From: Octopus sinensis
Lineage: Eukaryota
Length of the DNA stretch: 64,000 bases
Direction: 5' to 3'
Assembly (NCBI RefSeq): GCF_006345805.1
Contig: NC_042998.1
Span: 175,398,001 to 175,462,000, forward strand
Position numbers and translations under genes: made by a program. The notes under the pieces are model-generated. The model saw only the letters and a list, made by a program, of their open reading frames with translations. It did not search any database and was not told where the DNA came from. Shown here one piece after another: positions 25,301 to 37,300 of this stretch (position 1 is the first letter of the stretch; each line of letters starts with the position of its first letter).

Positions 25301-28300
25301 TCTCTAGTTTAATTAAAACTTGTGGCTTATGTTGTGTTGCAGAAGCTGTTGTTGCTGAAAGTGTTGTTGTTATTAAGAAATTGCTTCAGATGCAGGTAAG
25401 CTTCTTTTTTAATTCATATCCATACTAAAAGAGTGTGTTTAATGTTGCTAACAAAGATTTCAATAGAAATTCTGCTGACATCTACCTAATCTCAGTAGGG
25501 AGGTATTATATATGTTACCTTAAGAAACAAAACTTGTAAAGTGACTGCATTCTTCTTATTTCGTTGCCTTAATGGGTTTAAATATCTCTAAATGCTACAT
25601 GTGTTAGATCTCTAAATTTCTTGCATCAGTGATATTTGGTTTCTGGATCTGGACTTAGTTTGATCTGAGAAGTTACTGCGCATGATACAAGATACAGATA
25701 ATCAACATTGTAGACTATAGCTTCATTGTCTTTTGTCTTGTTTAACCATTTCAAGACCATTCACTATAGCTGGCTTTAACTTTCCACTGTTGGTATTTTT
25801 TTCCTTTACATAAGCCTATAAAGGAGCCTCTCTGCAGACTGTAGCTTATTATAAACAAAGATTAAATCTTCAAATCACTCTTTACATGCTTAAAAAGCAC
25901 AGGTCACACTGGATACACTATATATGAACGAAGGCTGGCATTAATATAGTTGGAACATATTTGATTGTAGGTTTGTGTGATCAGAGTTAAATAACATCTG
26001 TATTATAAGAACCTGCAATAAACAACTTTCAAAATTATTTGTTTTAGAAACCGTATTTGGATCTGCATAAGAGCTAGTTTAGTTAGTGATGTTTGTAAAA
26101 CTGAACTGACAATCATGAAACAGCCATAGCATGTAAATACTGTTCTGTTTATCAGTTACTGATTTAAGGGGGAAAAAAAAACATTGCCTCAATTACTTGA
26201 AAGATCTTTGGTTTCTTTTTAAAGTTTGAGGAGATTTGAGATTTCCAAGTTGCTATCAACAGTCCACTCCATATTTTGTGACATCTTACTGTGCATTCTT
26301 TCCTCATAACTGTCACTAAATGGTTAAGATTGAGACTGTTTAGTAATTCCTGTTGTTAACTGGTATTAGTGAAAATTGAAACTAATTCATTAAGGCTTCA
26401 AATTATTGTTATTAAAATAGAAAGATACCTATTCTCACTCAGGTAATTCATATACATTATTCATATTGTGGTTTTGAAATAATTCATCTAAGAAACTGTT
26501 TTTTATAAATTAGTTATCAAAAAGCTGTATTATTAGAAACTAATCTTGTTGAATCCTCACTCTGATTTTTCTATGCTAAAGAAATCAATATTCTTAGGAA
26601 TAATACAGTATGTTAATTTTTTTTACAGCCATTGATGACATGGATTAAATTTTAGATAAACATTTGTACAATACCTGTTCATTTACTTCGTATTATTAGA
26701 CTGTATACTTGATGTTCTATCATAACGAGGTCTTGCACATTGTCATTTTCAGGTAACTTGTAAGCAAAAGGTACGAAACCTGAAGCACTTTCATTTATTT
26801 ACTTATTCATTTTTTCTAAATTTATTCTTTTTAAAGCTTTCACAATGTCTCTGCTTGCTTATATTTTCCATTATATAGATATACTATTTTTGATGTTAGT
26901 TCATACATGAAAATTGGAATTTCTTTAACTGTTATTTTTTTTCTTATTCATCATATCTATACATTTTATTGCTTTCTAAAAGCACCTTCACTTTTATCAG
27001 GTGTCACAAATGATATGCTGATTTATTTTGGGTTGAGCTGGGAAAAAACAGTTTTTAATTGTTGAACAAGATTTTGCAATGCAAATATTTCATATCTCAC
27101 ATTAAGGGGTCTCTTTGACTACCTTATTGTGTACTATCCTACCTATCTTTTCTCATGTGAAAATTATCTTGTGATTGCCTATAAATTACAGTTATTTTAA
27201 CTTTAAGTTGTCTCTTCCAACCTATCTTGGCATACATATGTACACATACATTTGTATTTGTGTGTTATACATGTGTGTATGTGTGTGTGTATAATTGTGC
27301 TTACACAACTACACGTTTATAATTTCACAGCCTTATGCCTGTATCCATTCATTCACAACTGTAATGCTTATGCATTGCTCCTCTCTTTTCTTGACAATTA
27401 ACCACTATCATTCCTTCTATTTTTCTGACCTGTGATAAATTAAACTGTTGAGAAGCAATCCACATCACCTAAGATATGGCATATTTCAGTTCAATGTGAG
27501 ACCTAACTGTAAAGTATGTCATATAATTGAGTACATGTGTCAATTAGGCAATTTGTTCATTTTCTTTTTTTGTCACTGTTAAATAAGTCAGTTTTGCTTA
27601 AGCAAGCATTTAATATAGGTGTATTAGATGGAACAAAATATTCACTGTGTGTTTTTTAGATATTCCCATTCTGTCTCTATTGTGTCTTGTCCCAAGATTT
27701 AGAACTTAAAGCATGAACTCTATTTTTAAAACAAGGAATTTGTTGAGAGATATTCAGTTGCTATATTGACCCAAGTCATAAAAACTACTACATAGTTCGT
27801 ATACAGAAGATTCTTGTGGTGGTTCAGTGTGTGATAGTTATGACTTCTTGGAGATGATTGTTAATGCAGTTCAGAATTTTGGTCTAATGTGACATTCTAT
27901 CTTGCATATAGTTTGGAAAGAGATTTTTGTTTGACGAGAATAGCTAATATAGTTGTTTCTTTCTAAGGTAGTGCTGCATTCATTGTTCTAGAATGTTGGT
28001 AATGTATTTAGATGTTTGTGTAGGTATCAAGATATAAGGAAGATGTGTAATGTAGTGTCATGAAAATTAAGGTAGAATTTTGTTTGGCTCAGTGTCAAAG
28101 GAATTTCATGTTGACATATCTACTACATCCATATTAAACATGTTCTCGGACAGCTGCCCTGATTACTTTGAAACAGTATATATTATAGTACGAACTTATA
28201 TTATTCTGTTTATTCCATTGATAACATTTTTAAAGGTGAATGTAAGATATTTTGTATCAACAGCTGTTCATTTATTTAGACTGGGAGAATCATTAGAAGA

Positions 28301-31300
28301 TCAGATGCCATGCCTTGTATCATTTAGTTACAGCTTTTTAGATTCTGAGTTCAAATCCTGTTGAGATCAACTTTTCCTTTCATCTTTTTGGGGGTCTGAT
28401 AAAGTACTAGTCAAATACTGGCGCTCAGTCTAATTGTTCCCACTGATGATTTCTAGCATGGACCTTCTGCTGATATTATTGTGATTGTTATTGTGACTAT
28501 TAAGGGGTCCATGTAATTATCTTCATCTTCTCAGAATTACTAACCTTGTGCCTGAGACCTTTGGAGATAGGCTGTAATTGAGAAGACCCAGCAAGTAAAG
28601 TAGAGATTGCAGCCATGGCCAATGCCAGTGTTACATGATCGGCCCATTTAAAAGTACCTTTGAAGCATCGGGTGATATATGCTTGAGAAGACCTGCTGAG
28701 TCAAATATTGGAGTTGATTTAATTAACTAAACCCTTTTATCTCTGGTGTGAGTGGGGATAGAGTCTGGCTTTTGCCAATGTAAGAAATTATTTTCTGGGG
28801 TAGTGGAATTGCAAAAATACTGGGATATCAGACCAAAATGGATTGGTGGGATTGGTAAAGAATTGTAGTATTTTGTAACAACCTTTTACATTTTGAGTTC
28901 AGATTATGTCAAATTTCATTAAAAATGTTTTTATTTATTTATTTTTAACTATATCATCCTTTGGGATTGATAGAATGAATACGAGTCATATATTAAGACA
29001 GTTTAATTGACTACACACACCCCTTGTAAATTTGTACCCTTATGCTTCAGTTAGAAATCATTGATCTTATTGAAGTTGTAGAAATGGTTGAGCATTGGAT
29101 AGAATGCTTGGAGGTATTTAGTTGTGTTCTGAGTTTAAATCTCACTAGAATCAACTTTACTCATCATCTTCTAAGAGGTTGATAGAATAAGTACCGTCAT
29201 GTACTGAGATAGATATTAATCAACTATACCCCTGTAGCACATTATTATTGTAAGGTGACAAGCTGGTAGGATCATTAGTACACCAATCAAAATGTTTAGC
29301 AGCATTTCTTCTGGCATTATGTTCTGAGTTCAAATGTTGCTGGAGTCGACTTCGTCTTTCATCCTTTCAAGGTGAATAAAAAAGTATTGGTTATCAACTG
29401 GGGCTGATATTATCAACTAGCCCTCTCCACCAAAATTGTGCCCTAATTTCTTGTTCCCTATACAATTTTGCAAGCCTCCTAACCATCCACTTCTACTCAC
29501 CTCAGACCTTGAGGCACCACCCAGCCTCCTCATCTCTGATATCTATCTCTTTGTAGTTCCTACTACTCATTCTCTTCCTTCCTATACGAAATGTGAGTAA
29601 CTGTATAGCTCTACTATAAGAACCTGCCCTCATCTCTCATAACTTAGCCTCTTATACCCTAGCATAAAGTCAGTCACCCTACTCCCTTAGAGTTTGGAGT
29701 CCTGTGCACTGCATGGCAACCTCAGTAGTGCTGGTAGCACGAAAAAAAAAGCACCCAGTACACACTGTAAAGTGGTTGGCATTAAGTAGGGAAACTACAT
29801 CAAAGCAGATATTGGAGCTTGATATGGTCCTTGGACCCATCAGATCCTCTCAACCCATCCAACTCATGACAGCGTGGAACATGGACATTAAATGATGATT
29901 ATTTCCCCATCCACACCTAGTTTACTCTTAAATTCTGCTAAATTATCATTACATTCTTCTATTGCATGATACAGACACGCTTCCATGTTTCTCAAACTAG
30001 TAGTCTTCACTGTTTTATATTTAACAAACATAAAACACTTTGTGTTCTGCATCATGTTTGTCTCTTTACCAATGTCAGTAAAAGTGAAGTCCAAAACCAG
30101 TCCTCATTGTATGTTTTGTATATTAGTAATTATGTTGTATTCATTTATGTACTTTCAGCCAAACTTTATACTTGGTTACTTTCTTCAGCTATACACTTAG
30201 TAGGTTTAATTGGAGAATTGTTTCCTGTGACTAGCACAGGCATACAAATACATATTCCACACTCATGCATCTCTACATTCATACACACCCACACAATTAC
30301 ACTTACAATCATATATACCCACAATCACATATGTAATCATTTATACCATCTCTTACATATGCATTCTCACTCACACACACATTTATCCATTGATAATTAG
30401 GCCATGAATATAGTCTTTGACGACTAGCTGTATTTGAATTTTACGTCTGTTGAGTAGTCTGAGTTCTGCCCTTTCTGAAATCAGTCATTATATGAATGCT
30501 TGAAAATGCTCATTATGAATAAACTATAAAGGAGTAAAACTGTTAAATAAAAGTAATAGGCTTAGGAGTGGCCGTGTGGTAAGTAGCTTGCTTACCAACC
30601 CCATGGTTGCGGGTTCAGTCCCATTGCATGGCACTTTGGGCAAGTGTCATCTATTATAGCTTTGGGCTGACCAAAGCCTTGTGAGTGGATTTGGTAGACG
30701 GAAACTGAAAGTAAAAATTTATTAAATCCTGGTCATTAGATGTAAAGGTGGGCCAATGAGTTAACAAATTTAATGCATGGAAGTAACTAGAACAATCAGC
30801 CTATGGATGCAAAATGAATATTAACCAGACTGATACTATTTTCCATTTTTCTAGTAAGTATGGGAAACAACTCAGGACATGTTTCACTCTAAAGTTCTAA
30901 TCAATGAAGATTGGGTGAGGAATCTAATGTATAAACTTGCACATATACTTAGTGGGTTCGTTCATCATTGTTTCAGCAAGTACAATGAAAGCCGTGTTTC
31001 ATTGACAGTCAGAACTGGATGAAAATACATCCATAGTTGTCTCCTTTACTTTCCAGCCCACTAAAGATTATATTTGTTATTGATTAATGTTTTATTTTCC
31101 TTGCTACACGATTATTTCTTGGCAGCCTTTTAATATTCAATGCATTAAGTATGTTAGTACTAACTTTTCTAGCAGAAGGTGTTTTATAATTCTGAGTTTG
31201 ACTTTTACCAAAGTCATACCAGCTCATCATGTCTTTATGGTAGTAAAATAGGTTAAGTGGCTGGAGAATTGACCACAAGAAGTCTGCTGAATACCTGTCA

Positions 31301-34300
31301 CCACTAAATGGTTGATTGGTTACTTCCATGTTGTGAATTAGTTCATGTACAGTTGACTACAAATAACAACTTTGTGCGTGTGCTTGCACATGTGTATGTA
31401 TGCCTGTATGCATGTGTGTGATTGATATTCATACTAATTAGCAGAAACTGTGTTAAGTAAGACAAAACACAAACTGTTCACTTATTTATTATCTAATTTC
31501 ACTCCAGTTAGCCTATTAAGTAAATATTAACATATATTTGTCATTTTTAGAATAAATATTGGCTTTATCACGCCTACTAGTACTATCACCTGGCAACGCC
31601 GGGTCATAGTGCTAGTGCATGCATATACAGCTGCATGCGTGCGCACATACATGCGAGTACCGTCCAAATCTCTGACCAATCACATACAGCTAGCTGGCAT
31701 TCAATTGTCGTATCAAGTTTCGAGCATTTTGATTGGGTTTTGGATAGAAAATTCACAAAAAAGTCACTTCTATTGATTTTTTAATGGCTTTGTGGGGTGA
31801 CTGGGGAAATGTGAAGATGTGCACGACCATCCTTGGACGGTTTTGAATGACCATAGAAAGTGCGAGCCCTCTAACTGAAAAATTGTGGATTTGTATAAAG
31901 GACACGCACACAGACAGACATTTTGCCGTTTATATATATAGAGATGTTCAAACTATTTTTTAGCATCCTCATAACAGTATGATAATACCTATTACTGTAT
32001 TTATCTTAGATTAGATGGAAGTGATATAAACTTAGTGTAAGCATTTCAGTTTAACCATATCTTATCTCTTGACATCTACAGCATTTAGATCCTGAAATAT
32101 TTTGCCTTCCTTGTTATTGGTGGATCAATTCCGTCTGTGGCTTGGTTTCATCTTACACCTAAACCTATTTACTTCACTTCATGGATTAGTCTTCTGACTT
32201 TGCTTCCATTCTTACTTGGAACCTATCTTACTTAGGGAGCTGAACTGCTGCAAACTCCTCTTTCTATTAAAAAAAAAAATTTTTTTTAATTATTCAACAA
32301 TTTTATTTGCTTTCTCTTTCTCCTGATATATATATATATATTTTCGTTTCTTTCTTTATAGTTCAACTATCATTTTAAAAATTCTTTTTGGTTTTGAACA
32401 GAAGTTATGTTTATGGTATGCTTTGCTGATTTGTTCTGTTCTTTAAATCAATTATTTTTTCCTTCATGGCCTTTTCCTAGATCTTATTTATATTACTATT
32501 ATTATTTATAATAATTATAAAATCATTTATCTTCAACAATTGCTGAATTTTATTTTAACACCAAATGACATTTTCTTTCTTCCCTTCCCTCTGCTGGTTT
32601 CTTTTGTTGTCCTATGTAATTTTGTTTTTTTCCATAGTTATTTTTTCTTCACAGAATTTTGGAATTTATTATGTGTATATACATATGTGTATGTGTTTGT
32701 TTTAACAATCCGCTTTATATCGATTGCTGCTATTTTATTATCATCTTTATACTATAAAACACGTTAGGTTTATATTCTCCATAAATGCACACCACAGAGA
32801 AATTCTAAAAGTTTAATCATTGGGTTAGGTTGATGCATAAATATCAAATTTACATGCATGAGTTCAATAGCATGCTTGAGACTTTTGTGCAGGTGCACGC
32901 ACTCGTACACATCACCACCACCACCACTACCACCACCATCACTACTTAATATTTTTGTCTGGGTTGTCAATATGTAATTAAATTATTTTCAGTCTAGTCT
33001 GAATTTTTAATACATATACTGTCTTGTAGAATGCTAGTGTTAAGTTAAAGATTTCTGTTTACGGATAATATTTTCTTGTCTGAATATATAAAGGTTGAGA
33101 TCTGTAGTAATGCACGTTAGTGTACATCTACATACATATATTTGTGTAATATACGATAATTTGCTTACTGGGCACATGTGCTATCATATACGCTACCCTG
33201 GCTTCACAACTTTCCTTCCCAAACTGAAGCACAATTGGTTTTCTATGACATTGAACACCTATATCAATAGCCTTTTTACATGTCTGATGTGGAGTTTGTC
33301 ACCAACTTCATATGCAGAGTTAGGTGTCTTCAATTAATGATTACCACAGCTGCAGTTCTTGTTTTGGTTGCATATATAAACAAGATTGAACCGACCCCAT
33401 CCCTATAAATATTTTAATCTCAGTTTGAAAATGGAAATAATTGAATTCAGCGTGATATAAATGATAGCACATCTGCTTACTATGCAAGAGATGTCTGGTT
33501 CAATTCCTGACAGTTCTTTATTTAATTATGTTTAACAATCTTAAAATATGGTTTACAATTATACACCATTAAATATGGTTTATATTAAAATCTTAGCTGT
33601 TAATTTCATATATATCTATATATATATATATATATATATTTAAAAGTAAGTAACTGGTAAAATTTGTATGTATTATCTGGCAGCTTATCATTTTTAAGAA
33701 GTGTAAAATTATTTTGAGAAAACCTTGGTATTAAATTCTTCTGTGCATCTAATTCCCCATAGATGAATGTTCCTTCTTTGGCATTTAGACTTTGTGTATA
33801 GTGAATAACAAGGATTAAAACACATGGCATGATAATTAGTTGCTAGGCACTTTCAGTATTATGCACAATGATAGGTAACAGAAGTACTTCTTGTAAGCCA
33901 ATGTTTCATTTCTGTTCTGAATCTTGTTAGATTGATTAGATGTTTTTGTCTATCTCATGTTAATAGTTATCCATATCTATTTAGTCACACACACGGGCCC
34001 ACAAGGAACTTCTATACTGTTGGATAATTTACTAGATATAGCAACCACATTTCTCTTAACCTACTGATTTAAGAAGACCCTACTATCTTAAAGAAAAGAA
34101 AGACACATTGGTCTTGTACTGTTTGGTAAAAAAACAAAAAAAAACGGGATGAGATGGTGGAGGCTGGAATACCTTTATCCATAGCTTTGCTGGATGCAGA
34201 GTAACTGGGAACTAAGCAACCATACACACTATTATTTACATAAATCCTAAAATATTAAACCAATTATAGCAGCGATTCCATCAATTCCTAGGGATATCTG

Positions 34301-37300
34301 AGGAAGGAATGTTATTCCAAAATATTATCACACTATGGATGGTTAAATTACAACAGATATATCGCCTATTGTTTGTATTATAGTGCATTGTTGTACCATT
34401 CAAAGTATTTTATTCTTTACTTATGATATGTATTTTATGATCTACTGAGTTCTGGATAGTTTTGAAGTGAAGAAAAGATTGCAAGAATGAGCTAGAGAAG
34501 CAAAAAATTGGACCCCATAAAACAATGTAATACTAATTTTGCGATTCTGGACATTTGCTTAAGTCTGGTATAGTTCTAATCAATGCTGATAAGTCTGAAG
34601 GGGTTCTTAACAGAAACGTAGAAACAAATGTCACAGTAGTTTGAATGGTGCCCCAGCATGGCTGCAGCCTTCAGGCTGAAACATTTTTACGGATTTAAGG
34701 ATTTATACATCATATGTTTGGGTGATACAAACTGGAGGTTTTTTTCCTTTTACAGTTTAATGAAGTTGAAGGGAGCTACACTCATGACCTTCAAATGACT
34801 TAAGATTGACTGCAGAAAAAAGCATGAACAGGACAGAAATTCCAGAGGGATTATGTTGTAAAGAAGAAGAATTGGGAACTTGGGTCAGTTTGATATTTTG
34901 GGAGGAGAAGTATGAGTAACAAGAAGCAGAGTGACAAATATGTTTGGTGGGAAGTGATTTCTAGCTAGCTCTGACACAAGTTATCACTACTGAGATGCAC
35001 AATACTCTGTGCTTCTCAGTAGTGATAGAATAAGTAATGAAAAGACAGCATGTATGTGAGCCAGAGATTGAAATATGTTGATGAGTAAGTCTAATCAACC
35101 AAATAGTCTTTCTTTGGTTGTGGTCTAAGATGTTTGTTTGTGTTGTAGTAGCAACAGCAGCAACAACAACAATATAGTGTTCCAATTGTGAGTGTAATAT
35201 TCTATTCTAAGTATCATTTGAACTTTGTAGAGAAACAGCAACTAATTACATCTGATGTTTTAGTTCTGATGAAACCAAGTCAGGTCTTTGTGATAAAGCA
35301 TTTTTTTCTTTGTTATGAATGTAGTGACTCCAGAAAATCTTAGAAATTGTGTGGCCTAGTATTTGTAGGACTTTGGGGAATTTAATTGCCTGTTGCCCAC
35401 AGTTAGGGGAGATGAGGTACATGATTGCTTTATTGATATGTGCAATGTATAATATTTGTGTTGTCATGAATACATTGGAGAATGTTTGCAAGGTTTCTGC
35501 TTATAGATGTTGTGTAGGTTTGATATGAAGTATCTAGGTTGCATATGGATGTCGTTTACGGTTAAAGAGGAATGAAGAGTTATAGGAATGAGCATTGTTT
35601 GAGGTGATAGCCAGCAGGTCATTTTTAAAGTATTTAAGGAAGAATGTGAGGGACATAGTGAAACTTTGCAGAGCAGCAGGATTGATAGTGTGGATCAGAG
35701 TGAGTTTCATCAACACATGCACTGTGATGACACAATCTGTTAAAAATTTTTCAACACAAGATGGAGCTTTTCAATGGAAAGTTTAGTCAGGAATGTTTCA
35801 TGCTAGATATCGTCAAATGCTTTGTTGATGTCATGGACAATGTTGATTTTGTCAGATTTCTTGAGTGTGAGACCAGTTGTGAGTGACATAAGACAGCAGT
35901 TCTCCAGTTCCCCATTAAACCATGAGGCCTTTGCAATGCTTCTACAATTATTTATAACAAGGTTTTAATCACAATATGAACAATATATGAAATTATGATG
36001 AAAGGATGGGCAACCTCAAGCTTTTTGGAAGAGCTACTTTATTGTCTTGTTTCTTCATTGAAACTAAATTAATGATTGTTGTGCATGTTCCTCCACTCCA
36101 TTTTCCCACCAAATTTAAGGTATAGAAAAGATTTTAAGCACCAGAATTTAAAAGCAAATAGTGGCAGTTCACATTCACAAATATCAGTCCAATAAATGTC
36201 TCTGTTTTCCTAGTTCCTAAACATTTTTTATTTTAAAATGTATTAGCACATTTTTATTTCAATTTTTCTAAATAGACCTCCTTATGTAACGTATTTAAAA
36301 TTTTATAATAATAATAGTAATGTAAAAAAAAAGTATATGTGGTATATAGGCTCCTTAAAAAACTTTTAGTATGTAGGGTAATGTCCAATTTATTGTCATA
36401 ATTTGCAATTCACATCTTGTTTTATGCTTAACTTTCAATATTATTTAAATAATTGTAATCAGAATCAATGCTCATTAGAACTTAAGGTACCATGATTTAA
36501 TTTCAACATTTTATTACAGAATACTGATCTCTAATTTTTCTAAATTAACATAACTATAAGAAATTGAATTAATCCATTCAGATGAATTTTTCTAAACCAT
36601 TATTATTTTGTTTATATTACTGGAATTTGGACTTGATTTATGTTCACTCAATATTAGTATTGTTAGTAATTACTTTAATCCAGTTTAGATTAGTCTTGCA
36701 TTTCAGTTCTGTTTGCAATGAGGTGACATTTCCAGGATTAATAAATTGATTTTCAAATTATTTCCAGGTTCTTTATTTAAATTGGTATTTATATTTGATT
36801 TTATGGTGTGACACATCTTAGTTTTTTTGTTTTTTTTTAAAATTTATCAACTAAAATATGAGCAAACCCATGCCTTAAGAAGTTTGCTTCCCAACCACTT
36901 GCTTTTGGGTGCAGTCCCAATGCTTGGCACCTTGAGCAAGTATCTTCTACAGCCGCAGCTGACCAAAGCTTTATATATGGATTTGGTAGACAAAAACTGA
37001 AAAAAGCCTGGATGTGTGTGTGTCTTTGTGTTTGCATCTCTCCTTCCACTGCTTAACAACTGGTGTTGGTTTTTTTACATCCCCCATTACTTAGGGTTTA
37101 GCAAAAGAGTCCAATAGAATAAGTACCAGACTTAAAAAATAAGTACTGGGGTTGATTTTTTTGACTAAACCTCTTCAGGGCTGTGCCCTAGCGGTCTGAA
37201 GTCCAATGACTTGAAACAAATGAAAAATAATTATTTAAGGAATCTGCTAAAATCTGTTTAAAAAAAATTTGAAATTAGTCTGACTTTATTTCAGCCAAAA

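Noticed and set aside
26630-26785. Intronic C/D box snoRNA (TTGATGA ... CTGA)
   Set aside because: The C box lacks the purine start, there is no terminal stem, and I can identify no rRNA antisense element.
32560-32678. Long pyrimidine tract plus cacag|AATTTTGGAATTTATTAT|gtgtat as a second 18-nt microexon
   Set aside because: The donor is very weak and the region is generally T-rich; no independent support.
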